A stretch of 64,000 nucleotides of DNA, taken from Nageia nagi (lineage: Eukaryota; Plantae; Pinophyta). The stretch lies in contig JBITNC010000001.1 of the NCBI GenBank assembly GCA_050084985.1, positions 162,812,001 to 162,876,000 on the forward strand. Reading direction: 5' to 3'. Made by a program: the position numbers and the translations under genes. Each line of letters starts with the position of its first letter. The stretch's first letter is position 1. The notes below the pieces were generated by a model that was not told where the DNA came from, searched no databases, and saw nothing but the letters and a program-made list of their open reading frames with translations. This document shows, in pieces, positions 1-11,639 of the stretch.

Positions 1-2200
1 AATTAAAAACTTAATGACTAAGAAACTCATAAATTATAATACCTACATTTATTCCTTGTTTAATGTTATATCCTTTAATTTTGGATGATAGATAGTTGTA
101 GAGTTTGTTTCTTTCAAATTTCAATATGCTTCATAGAACAAGGTAGCTAAATAATTCATACAGGAAAAATAGTTATGAGGGGATGTTGCATAAATATTAT
201 TAAAAAGATCAAATATAATTATTTTAAAAATGAAATAACACTAATGTTATCTCTTTTAATAATGAAGGAATTGAATAATATAATGCATCCCATAGAAAGG
301 AATGTCGAACAAATGCTCTTGTGAAATTATCCTTTCCTAAAAAAACTCAATAACTAGTTTCAAAGATGGGTGGAATACATCTATAATTTTCAAACCCCTA
401 CTAGAAGGATTATAAGCAACTGCAAAAAATAATTAATACTTTAAAATTGAAATTAAATAAGAAATAATGAAAATAAAAAGAAAAGAACAATTTGTGAAAA
501 ATCACCTATTATAAATTTTACAAGGAGATTAAATGTATTATTCAAGTATTTTTTTCAATATCTGACAATGGTTTTTTTGAACTTATGGTTTCACCATCTT
601 TGTAAGGGATACCCATTAATTGATACACATATGATGCATGAATGGAAAATGAAATGGTTTTTCCATTGACAATGAAAAAAGTCTTAGACCTTTGGTGTTT
701 GTATCCAAAAATAGCCTAGTCCATTAAGTCAAAATTAATAACTAAGGGTTAGCCAAAGTTTTGAAAAACTAAGCATTAAAATAAATGAGTAATTGTTTCA
801 AGTAATAATAGTTTTACCATGGGAGAAGCAAGTTACAGAGGATGATGCCATTGTATTGCAGAAAGATGCTAGAAAAGTGGGAGAAGGGATAGAAAGAAAG
901 GAGATAGGAGATTGAAATCAAATACAGAATGGTAAATGTAACATAAAAATGGAGAAATGAATGGCCTTTTTATAACTAAAAAAAACCTATAATTCATTTA
1001 ATATGTATTAACTATGGACACATGGAAAGTATACAACATTCGGTACAAATAATCTAAGCAACTTCTCCTTCTAAAGATGAGTGTCTTCTCTTTGTGAAGA
1101 TGAGCATCTATTCTTTCTAAAGATGAGCATCTTCTCATTATGAATATGAGCATCTTCTTTTTATGAACTATGAATATGAGTATTTTCTCTTTATAAATAC
1201 AAGCATCCTTGCCTTAGGAAGATGAGCATTCTCCCCTTATGAAGACAAACATATTCTCTATATGAATACGAACATCTTCTCCTTATGAATATGAGCAACT
1301 TCTCCTTATCAAGATGAGCATATTTTTCCTTATGAAGATGAACATATTTTCCTTAAGAATATGCTCATCTTCTCCTTATGAATATGATCATCTTCTCCTT
1401 ATACAAATGACCATTTCTCCTCATAAATACAAGAATCTTCTCCTCATGACAATGGCCATCTTCTCCTTATGCAAATAAGCATCTTCTTCTTATGCATATG
1501 AGAATATACTCCTTATGCAAATGAGCACTTTTTTCTTATCAATATGAGCAACTTCTCCTTATGAAGATGAGCGTATTATCTTTATGAACTTAACAATATG
1601 AGCATCTTCTCCTTATGAATATGAGCATCTTCTCATTATAAAGAGGAGCATCTTCTCCTTATGAAGATGAGCATCTTCTTCTTATGAATATTAGCATCTT
1701 CTTATTATGAATATGGTCATCTTCTCCTTATGAAGGCAAGCATCTTATCTTTATGAAGATGAGCATCTACTTGTAATAAATATGATCATATGAATGCTTT
1801 ATAGATGCTAATCTTGATAAAACTAGACACTCATCCCTATGCTTTGTAGGTGATCACCTTCTAACATTTAGCAGAATCATACCTGACATCTAGACAAAAA
1901 TGGAATTTTAAGCATGTTAAAAGATATTTCACACATGTGAATGAATAATAAATATTTCTATAAATAGCTAATTTGTATTTACATTTGTATTCAAGTTAAT
2001 AGTTATTCAACAATTAGCGTAGATCCATCCAATTATGAATATTAAATATGGAATGAAGTCCCATCCTATTTTGAAAAAGGATTCCAAATATGGAATCAAT
2101 CCAATGTTATCTATCATCATAATTTTTTTAACACATATTTGAAATCATTTCCAAAATATGAAGGAATGCTTCCCTTCCCTTTGCTTTCTAACCTCCCCTT
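1..2200 (-). repeat. Probable 3' LTR of Tat element D (boundaries uncertain)
   Basis: Lies immediately downstream (minus strand) of D's accessory ORF. It has the same layout as E's 3' LTR: a purine-rich tract at 820-960, a minus-strand TATA-like motif (ggcctttttataact, about 963-977), then a repeat block. TG/CA termini and a PPT were not identified with certainty. Confidence 0.35.
1056..1770. repeat. Tandem array of a 23-bp unit (GAGCATCTTCTCCTTATGAAGAT), about 31 degenerate copies
   Basis: Directly visible, e.g. 1646-1768 gagcatcttctccttatgaagat/gagcatcttcttcttatgaatat/tagcatcttcttattatgaatat. Units are head-to-tail with no spacers. Confidence 0.95.
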
Positions 2201-2553
2201 GACTACACTCATAGGGTAGGCATTTTAGTTTGTGGTTAAGAAATTAATATTCATTTATTTTTAATGTTGTTTTCATAAAAAAATATTTAAATATTAATAT
2301 TTCAACAAACATTTGATGATGAAGTTGAGCCACAAGTGGGGGTCCATTCATTGGGACTCGCTAGTGCAGAGAAGTGGAGAAGAAAGGAGTTATATTTTCA
2401 ACTTTAACCATTCTCCATAAAAGTGTATGAACTATTGAATAGTGATGGAGAAATAAAGTCCATCCAAGTATTGGATCTGAAGAACTTGACATTAGAACTC
2501 TTTTTCCTAGTATTACTAATAGCAATATTGTAATGTCAACATCAACTTATCCA

Positions 2554-2870
2554 CATAGGAGTTCTATACATTGAGTTTCTTGAGCAAGGGATTCATATGT
2601 CTTAAGAATGTAAAATATAAGGATTAAATTGTAATCTTTTCTTGTAAATATTTCTTTGGTTAAAATATAAATTATAAACTAATATTTAGAAATCATCTAT
2701 AATTTTTAACGATTTTTTGAAAATGATATCAATTAATCAATTTTTCTAAATCAATTATGAAAATTTTGAAATATCACCATTTCTTATACATGTTTTGGGA
2801 CAAAATCACCAAGATTTTGAAATTATTTCACCACTATTTTATTTATTTTGTTTCACCAAAATTCCTTATG
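2554..2870. mobile_element. Putative hAT-type MITE (~317 bp)
   Basis: Termini are cataggagtt... and ...aattccttatg (imperfect TIR). Flanks cttatcca (2546-2553) and cataacca (2871-2878) match at 6/8. The AT-rich interior has repeated aaatcacc/tttcacc motifs and interrupts D's ORF region. Confidence 0.45.
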
Positions 2871-3563
2871 CATAACCATTGGGTAGAAACTTATTATCCT
2901 CCAATAAATATAAATAATGAGATATTCGATGTTGTATGGATTATTTTAGATGGCATGGGGATAACAATTGACCTAATGGTTTGAAGTGGGGTAACAATGG
3001 GCCCAACATTCTATAGTGTTAAATTCATTTGGGTTGATGTGGTAGAGGCTTCTAAGATGCTTGTAGCCATGGTTTTTTTAACCACTATTTATAGCAATTT
3101 GGCTAATTTTACAATTTCAAAATTATTTTTAAAAGTTAAAGGATTTTAAAAATAGATAAATATTTATTATTAGAAATTTTTACTTAAAATTGATTAGCCA
3201 AAAATAGATATTTATTTTGAAAATAAGAACCCAAAATAGCCAACCCCAAGAATCTCAAAAATATAGAAATAGCTAGAAATCTATAATAAAAAATAATCCC
3301 TATCATAAAATAGCCAGAATATTATAATCATAATTTTATGATGCTTTAGGAATAGATAAAAATTGATATATATATACTATTTTTAATTATATATGTGGGA
3401 TTAAAATTTTCCCTCCAATTGAGAACCCTAAAGGTTGAAAGTTATACGGATACCATAGATTGAATTGTAGGCACTTAAAGTTATCGATAAACCATCATAG
3501 TGGAGGGTCAAGATTCAATTATGGTTTCATTTATTATAAAATAGGGGATTGGATTACCTCCAA

Positions 3564-4450
3564 TTAAATCAGGTCCTTTTCCCTTGATTCTTATGAGACT
3601 AATCTTCCATTTGTAGATTTTGACTTTCCATCAATGGCTTTCAAGTTGGTAATGCATTCTACCTCTATCATGAAGTTGCTATTGCTAATACTTGATGGTC
3701 ATACAATAATCCACTATTTATTGGAAGGAGTTGAACATCAAGTAGTCCTTTCACACCCTACACATAATGACACCACTCTGTATTTGGGGAAGACTTCAAT
3801 GGGCAATTCAGATTGGCTAACTTATTTTCCATCTTAGCATCAACCTTCCCAATAGGTATTGAAATATTCAATGAAAAATTTAGAATAGTACCAAAAAAAC
3901 TAGATGAATAAGAATCCTAAATAGATTACTTCAAATCCAAAGAGCATATAGGGGATAGATGTTTGGGTTTAATACTTTTATGATAGAGAAAGTATTTTCA
4001 CAAAGGAATGAATGACTCAATAGCTTGATAGTGGTCCACCTTTGTGCTATATTTCTATGAAGGTATTTATCCAAAAAATCTTGCCCTTGGGAAGAAATAT
4101 ATAAAGGAAACTCTAGTAGCTTTTTGAAGAAACTAATACAGTAAATGATGACCAAGGGATCCTAAATGTTACTCCAAAGTGCCTCACCTGTGGCCATCTC
4201 AATCATGGTACAATTCAAAGAACAAATATCATAAGGTGGACCCTACTTCACCACTTCAGGTGCCATCCATGATGATGTTCCCCTCAACTTCCATGGTTCC
4301 TAAATGCTCACTCCCTTATTGATCTTTCTTTTGGTAGATTCAAAGTCTTCCAACTTGAACAAATTATGTGTTTATTATCCCTTTTAACATATCTATGTTG
4401 TGTATATCCTTCTTTCTTCAAGTATACATTTTGATATTATATTTTACCAA
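3564..4450 (-). pseudogene. Intronless MAPKKK (NPK1/MAPKKK17-18-like) kinase C-lobe and C-terminal tail fragment
   Basis: The minus strand reads HRYVKRDN...KLEDFESTKR...KLRGTSSWMAPEVVK*GPPYDICSLNCTMIEMATGEALWSNI*DPLVIIYCISFFKKLLEFPLYISSQGQDFLDKYLHRNIAQRWTTIKLLSHSFL, followed by a WIIV* motif (WITVR-like) near 3700-3715. It has several stops and no N-lobe. Confidence 0.88.
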
Positions 4451-4479
4451 GTAATTTGCAATCCTTTAAACATATGATT

Positions 4480-4620
4480 ATTACACTTATCTTGTTCATA
4501 TTGCATTCCATAAGTCTACATTTAGTGAATATTTTATCAAGAAATTCCCTAGCCTTGGGTATTATTCTACACTTTGCTTTCATATATACAAGGGTTTGCA
4601 CAACCACATCATGTGATAGA
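4480..4620 (-). pseudogene. PLS-class PPR motif fragment
   Basis: The minus strand reads LSHDVVVQTLVYMKAKCRIIPKAREFLDKI followed by a tggaatgcaa (WNA) remnant. This resembles the PPR consensus DVVVxNALIDMYAKCGxIxKARELFDKM...SWNAM. Confidence 0.7.
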
Positions 4621-4629
4621 AAAATATTT

Positions 4630-6124
4630 TTGAAGAAAATTTTATGTATGCATCATCATAATGCAAATATCCCAATTAGGTACTACATTGGGAGTGTTGG
4701 GAATTATTATTTGAATTGGTTAGAGTTTGATTATTTTTCATTGCATTTGTAGGAACAATACTAATAAATATCAAGAAAATTCCTATCATTGGGTAAAACT
4801 CTTTTGATCCTACAAAACTTTGCATCACAAATATCCTCCATGAGAACATTCTCACAATTTAAAATGATGGATTATTTCATGCCAATGTCCTTTACATATT
4901 CAAAATAAACTAGGTTACAAGAGGGAAATCAACAATTTCTTTATGTCTATGATAATCATTCTAATAGAAATTCTAAACAACCTAATGCAATTACCACTTT
5001 TGCTATACTATCTAAAAAGAAATTTGTTACCATCAAATTTCACTTCATGCTACATAAGGACCATATTTATAATTTATACTCTCTACTTTCATATCATTTA
5101 AACTATATTCATAGCTATAGTCTTTCTTCTACAAGAAAGGCTTATATTCCTTTGTTAACTTCTATCCTACAACATCCTAATATCTTATTGAATTCTTTAT
5201 CATTCATCGATGTGCTCACTCTTGGATTAGCTTGAATTTTTTTCTAAACAAATTAGGTGTTTATTATCTCATCTCTTGCATTATGTTTCTTAATATCTAA
5301 TGGGAAACAAGGTTTTAGAAATTTAGTTACATTGGTTGGAATCAACTAAAATGTACAAACTTTTGTATCATAATGTGGCTAACTATTTGTGTTCTCTTTC
5401 TAGTGCATCCTCTTTACATGTGGTGCATCCTTTGCACATGCTTCACTTGTGCAATACTCATTGGAAATTGATTTTAGAGTTATCTTGCATTATCTACAGC
5501 CATATGATGAAATTGACATGGAAAGATTGCAACTTGAACTGAACCACACTCATGACATATACAGTCTAGTTTGTGAAGAACCAATCATTATAAAATGAAA
5601 GGTTGGTTTTAGCATCCTATAATTTATTTCCTTTAGAATTATATTTCTACAATAAAGTATTCATATCCTTGTATTCTAACTTCTCATGGTAGGCTAGATA
5701 AATACATACTCAGCTAGTGATAGAGATAAATAAACTGGAGGCAAAGAAGTTAATACAAGAATGTGTATTTAAAAAAAATGTAGAGAAGAATGGAAGACCT
5801 ATCAAAGAAGCCATGAAAGAGGAAAAATAAATAAGGGAAATTTTAGAAACTAAAACTAAGTAGAGGAAACTTTCACAGTTCACTATGAAAAGAAAATTAG
5901 TCAATGAGAACTATATAGAAGAGGGTCAAGATTCAATTCATCTGACATTCAAGACATATTCCAAAGAATAAATTGAGTTAGAAATATATTTCTTCTTAGA
6001 ATCACTCAAAATAGGCAAGGGATCATATGGTTTTATTTACAAATGTACATTGGATAATACCACAGTAGCTATCAAGGTTCTTCATCGAGATGCATCCCAT
6101 CGATGGAAGTAAATTAAACAAGAG
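4630..6124 (+). pseudogene. USP-domain/coiled-coil/kinase (RLCK-IX, PUB34/35/52-like U-box kinase family) gene fragment with introns
   Basis: Exon 5500-5601 reads PYDEIDMERLQLELNHTHDIYSLVCEEPIIIK*K, followed by a GT-AG intron at 5602-5692. Exon 5693-6124 reads ...LTFKTYSKE*IELEIYFFLESLKIGKGSYGFIYKCTLDNTTVAIKVLHRDASHRWK*IKQE and ends at a GT donor, matching YRKYxIEEIExAT..FSESLKIGEGGYGPVYKCxLDHTPVAIKVLRPDAAQGRKQFQQE. Upstream 4630-5040 (e.g. PNAITTFAILSKKKFVTIK) is a weaker USP-like match. Confidence 0.85.
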
Positions 6125-9119
6125 GTATAAAATGTACACATGATTTAGGTGGCTCATACTACCATATAAATATAAAAAAGAAAATAAAATGTACTTTTTT
6201 AGATGGGAATCAAAGCAATATGGAAAGTCTTTCAATGATGGATTTATTCTTATTAGACACTTTTGCAAGTTGAAATTGTAAGCCATATGCAAATATGATC
6301 AAAGTTGGAGAGGCAATGTAATAATTTACTATTATTTCAAAAAAAAATATTATTAATTTTTTTGTGTTTTTGGTGTATATGTTATTAGTCATTTACTACA
6401 TACTAGGAAAGAAATATATATTTATTATGTTCATGATATCTTTAATGCTAATAATGTGTTTTGTTTCTTTTGAGTGTATTTTTATTTTATTTTGCATCAA
6501 AGTTAATGCCTATCAAAATTAGACATGAAGATTTTGATCTTCATAAGTATGATATGACAAGAATGTAGACCTGCTCCAAAAAAGTATGTTGAGAATAAAA
6601 GATGTGCTCTAGAAAAGTGTGTAACTAGCAACTGGAATAGGAGACAAGCTCTAGAAAAACTATTTTCTTCCCAAAAAATAGCTAGCAATTAAGGTAAATC
6701 AAGATAAGCAATAGATAAAATAAATAACTAAATAAAAATAAATAAATGCTATTATTAATAAAATAACATTATAATACATGACATTCATAAAATTTTACAA
6801 AAATGGAAGGAAACTAAGCTTGTGTTTCAAATTTTATCAATGTTGTATTTAGCACACTTTTATTTTTAGGAATTGCCTTTTTTTATCTTATCTTTTAGAA
6901 TAGCAATTTTTGCTATACACACTTATATAGGAATAGCCAAATTACTACATATAATTGAATCATAATAGCATTTTTTCTATAATTAGAAATTAGAAATTTT
7001 TCTTAAAATGAACCCTACTTGTAGCTATAGGTTGAGGAATTTAGTAGGTGAGTGGGGAAGCATGAATGGCTTGGGATATAGCTTGATTTGTGAATGGGGA
7101 GGATGGTATGAATGATTGAGTAGACTAAGTAGGTTTCCTTAACATAACTTAAAATTGGTGTGAGGTGGAACTAATTGTAGCAAAAAATTGAAACAGTAGG
7201 GGGGAAATGGAGTATTTGTACCTAGGGTCTTAGTAGTGTAATATTTGATTCACTTCCTCCATTTTAGACTTCTTTCTTTCTTCAAGATCTACTTTTTACA
7301 GTGGTGAGATCTTTTCTTTTTGGGTTATTTTTTAGTTAACTTGGCCTATTAAGAAGACTTGGCATGTTGGGATAACCCATATGGTATTTTGTAAGGTTAT
7401 CTTTTTTTGAGTAATCCTCTTATGGAGAGAGGTTCCCTCTATCATGATTTGTTCATCTATTGCTTTTGGATATTTGGCCTATTCCTCCTCATCATAATAT
7501 TCACCACCCATTTCTACACCCTCATACCTTTCATCCTTATTATCTTGATCATATAATTAACAAAAATTATGTTCCATCTTATTTTCCCATGGATCCATCT
7601 TAGTGTCTGACTCCATTTTGTACTAAATAAAATCATGTTGCTTGTTAGTGTACCAACCACTTTTCATCAATTATTTCATAAATATTTTTCCCAATATCAA
7701 ACTTGTGGGTTTAAACTTCTTTGACTTTATATAGACGTCTCTCCATGTAGGGAGAGATTCAACCAATGCCATATTATTTGGTATTTACATCTCATCTTAT
7801 CCTTTGTTCCCCCATTTCTTCACATTTGGTTGGGAGCTATTGATGTACTTACTTGAATTTTTGTTCATTACTTATATCCTTTCTGCAAAGGTGTGGTAAG
7901 ATTGTGTTTCCATGAATTAGATTTTTTTCCCACTTAATATTGATAAATTTTCTCTTCAAATCAGCATGTACCCCCTTTTTCTTGATGATAATATCTTGGT
8001 ATGAAATGGGTAGCCTATATAATGAAGCCTTATTTGGTCTAGTATCCCATTTACAATCAATTTAATCTAATTGCCTACTAAATTCTAGGAAAAAAATCCA
8101 ATATGTTACATAAAATGGAAGCAATTTGGCCCTATCTTTGTATCTATATAATCTTATTATGTTGCTCCTGGAAATGAAGGACCAATCCCTCTTTCTATCT
8201 TTTTGCTCCTCATAGCTGCTTGGGCTTGCGTTAACAGCCTCAATATGACATAGCTTGAGATCAAAGATAATGGTAGGCCTAAGAAATGATTTATAAAATT
8301 ATAATAATTATTGTATGCTCTTACAATTTCCTGCCATTCATGTACCAACATAAGTAGGCCATTTTGTTCATGCATGTTTAGTTGTATTCCATTGAACTTC
8401 CCATGATTTTGAAACAACATTAGCTAAATTATATATGAAGCATATGCAAAAACTCCTATTTTTAGGAGATTCATTAATTGGTATACAATATTCCTTGAAA
8501 TGCATTTTGACCAATCAAAAATGAAATGTCATATCAAGTGTGCAATGCATATGCAATAGACTAGTGATAATTGCTTACTTATTTGGTATCTCCCTAAGGT
8601 TGATGACCAACATGGAGAGCACCATTTGTAAGTTGTTTCAAAAAAATTTCATTGATATCTCTTTCTTGAAAATTTTGGTACAAGGGATCTTGGAGTTTGG
8701 GCTCAGCCATCCCAACATTTAATCATCATAGTAACTAATTTGCTATATTATACACACACACATCAGCCTGCAAGAGCTACTTGGAGGTTTGAAAGCTTAT
8801 GCAAAATTGAAAAATCTATAACTATATGACCATTTTTATTTTTCATAACCCTTTGGTTATGGCTAATTAATTCTTTGATCAATTTGAATAGCTCATGGGT
8901 AAAATGGCATCTATTTATAATAAACTAATGCAACATGTTATTACTAGGCCATTTCTAAAATGTATTTTTATTATTTTCAAAGCATAAGTTCTGAGTAGTA
9001 CTTTTGAGGTTTCAGTTGGATCCATTAATTGAGTATCCTTGATTCCTTCTAGCTTATCATTCCATTTTTTTCTTTATTCTCCTTGTCTTATTTCAGTATG
9101 ATGATAGATGTGTTTGTTT

Positions 9120-11391
9120 TGTTTATCTAGTGAAGACATTGAGAGGGGGTTGGATCAGTGCATTTTGAAATTTTTAGACTTATTTTAAAGATAAAACTAA
9201 CCAAAAAGCAATCCAAAATTAAAGAACACATTCAAAAAGTATTCAACATATAACACTAGATTTATAGTGGAAACCTAAAGTGGGAAAAACCACTATGTCA
9301 AATGGACTACTTGATACCCCAATCTAATCCAAACAAAATAGTTAACCTCTTACAATGTTGAACAACACCCACTATGAGGATTAGCACCCACTAACCCTAT
9401 TTTGTAACAACCATGGAAAAGTAATTATAACTTTTGACTAAGCACACACTTAACCTTTTTAATTATCATAAAAAGGTGACATATAAAATGCCTTCACTAT
9501 TACAGAATCCTCAATGATTGAATTTCATACAATCTACTTTTTTATTGCTTACCTCCTTCACACTTTTCATAATATACTTCTCTTCTCCTCTCTATATTTC
9601 TTAGTTCTTCACTCTACACCCTCTTATAATTACAACAACTACAATCACTTTAGTCTCCTTGCAACCTTATATCCATTCATGATTCTTTCTTCCTATTGGT
9701 TACCTATCGCTCTCTACTTCTCATTGGTTGTAAGCTTTGGCTATACATTGTTCACTACATGTAGCTATATATGGATCATAACATATATTCCTTATTCAGA
9801 TTTGAGTCCCTTTTCTAGATTCTTCTCCAGCTTTCATAGTTTATATTTGGTTGTGTAACAACCTTCATCACTACACAAGGCCTTTGACAACTGCATAAGG
9901 TCTTCTTTGATCATGTAAAACTTCATGCCTCTACACATCCTTCATTTGATGCCATGTATTACTTGTCTACATAATGCATGCTTCCTCTACATGATCATCA
10001 TATTCACTATATAAGGTTCCTCTTCTTCACATATCTAATTGGACCTCCATATAATGTAGGTTTCAACTACATAAGGTTCAATCTTTTCACTGCATAAGGC
10101 TTGGGTTGTCTTCATAACATCAATCTATTCCATATAAGGTTTAGACTCTCCACATAAGGATTGAACCTTTTGTATAACACCTACAACCACTTTTGGTAGC
10201 TATCTACACAAGCATGTCTTTGTCCTATAGGATATTCCTTCTCCGCATAGGACCTCACTTCTTCGCATAACATCATTCCTCTCTGTATATGGCTTTATGT
10301 CTTTGCATAAGCTTAATCTCTTATGCATAAGAACTATCCACATAAGTATTGAATCATATGCATTCTCCCTAAGGTAATTTGCATCTAAACCAAGTCATTT
10401 CATAGTGTTTTCTGAACAATTTACACTCTAAAAGGCATTGATATCATCAATCTCATCTGCATTCCAAAAACATAATATTATAAGGGAAATTTGTACTTTG
10501 AAAGGCTCTAACATCACAATATTTATCCATACCTTGGAAACTTAGAAATGCAAATGAAATTCACACTTTGTAAGGAACTAATATCATAGGGTTTCTTTAC
10601 ATCCCGAAAATACAGTCATACATGGAAGATTTGTACTCTAGAGATTACTAACATCACAAGGTTTCTCTAAATCTCGGATCCACATTCCTTCTTCATACAA
10701 GTATTAAAGCCTTCAAATAAAGCCTCATTTCTTAGCATAATATTATAATCTTCTATATAATCTTTGTATATGATGGGATCATTATCTAATGATCTTCACC
10801 TTCACTGCATCATGCTTTTGATCATATTCAACATGCATGAAGATGACTTAAACTCCTATCAAATATCGATACATATGTCATTCATGCATGTTGACACTAG
10901 ATCTATGTTAAACTCACAATATAAAATCTTAGCTCCCTTTCATGCACTATTATTCCTCAATGCATAAACCTATATGATTCTAACAGATATACAAAAAATT
11001 AGAATGGTTGAGCTTTGTCAAAATGGAAACAAAATATAATACATTATACTATGGCCATTTTAACACTTTTAATTCTGGTAGAGATCTAACAAAATTGGAG
11101 AGGTCAATTTTGTTAAAATGGTGGTAGAATAGAATAAGTCATTTTTAAAAAAAATGATGTCAAAAAGTTTATTTTCCTCTTCATTTTATTTGGATGGAAC
11201 TTTGATACAATCTTGCCACTAAATACTACTAGAACTCTAGGAAAATATGTTCCTCTTCTTAGACATTTGGCAAACCTTCTCATACATATTTCAACATGAA
11301 TATACTTGATTCCTTTTTACATAGTGTCATATGTGAGAACTCTTTTAATAACAATGACAACACCAACACAAGCATAAGCATATGGCCAATA
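9120..11391 (-). repeat. 3' LTR of element A
   Basis: Direct repeat of 16711-18968 (9 mismatches in the 60-bp sample 9514-9573 vs 17106-17165). It contains ~21-bp cataa-core sub-repeats (9880-10350) and ~62-bp repeats (10400-10700). Confidence 0.92.
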
Positions 11392-11639
11392 ATCTCCCCC
11401 TTTAGCATTATTTTCAAAACTCTTTGTTAGTTCAAACATATTTTTCTCCCCCTTTTATCAACAAATACAAAGGATGGTCTCCTTCCCAAGACTCCTCTTG
11501 AGTCTTATACACACACAATACTCTACAATAAAATGAAAATAACTCCCTTTGAAGATCAGTTGCACTCCAAGCATGATCTAATGCTTGGGAATGGTGCCAA
11601 CTCCTATCTTTTGGCAAAGATATTCAAGTACATGATTTG

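Larger units (their letters stand above)
3068..7017. mobile_element. Non-autonomous hAT-like DNA transposon carrying captured gene fragments (Pack-hAT)
   Basis: There is a perfect 8-bp TSD CTTGTAGC (3060-3067 and 7018-7025). Termini are CATGGTTTTTTTAA... and ...TTAAAATGAACCCTA, a degenerate (C/T)AGGGTT-type TIR. AATAGC/GCTA motifs cluster at both ends (3085-3320, 6860-6990), including the inverted pair tagcaatttggcta / tagccaaattacta. An 8-bp TSD with a YAGGG terminus is the hAT signature. Confidence 0.8.
2400..9114 (-). pseudogene. Decayed accessory 3' ORF of Tat element D (interrupted at 2554-2870 and 3068-7017)
   Basis: ORF 8157-8420 and its flanks read FAYASYII*LMLFQNHGKF...NYYNFINHFL...IRLYRYKDRAKLLPFYVTYWIFFLEFSRQLD. 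This aligns with E's 53746-54240 FAYALYIVWLVIHQNLGFF...DYYSFVENFL...IRIYGFIGAPFLLPIHITNWIFSIEYGRKID. Positions 8780-9050 match E's 54534-54881 (KDTQL vs WDTKI; AFKPP vs TFNPP). Confidence 0.8.

Noticed and set aside
1056-1770. CRISPR-like array of palindromic repeats
   Set aside because: Units abut directly with no unique spacers, there are no cas genes, and the context is plant retroelement DNA.
2320-2350. aagtgggggt as the PPT of a plus-strand LTR element
   Set aside because: No TG-starting LTR or plus-strand pol is associated with it.
3068-7017. Helitron or Pack-MULE as the carrier of the gene fragments
   Set aside because: The 8-bp TSD and short YAGGG-like termini fit hAT. There are no TC...CTRR ends, no long MULE TIRs with a 9-bp TSD, and the cargo is in mixed orientation.
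9514-9858. Hydrophobic 114-aa ORF (and its paralogs at 17106-17397) as an env or membrane protein
   Set aside because: It lies inside A's LTR on the antisense strand, reflects pyrimidine-rich composition, and the frame is not conserved between the two LTRs.
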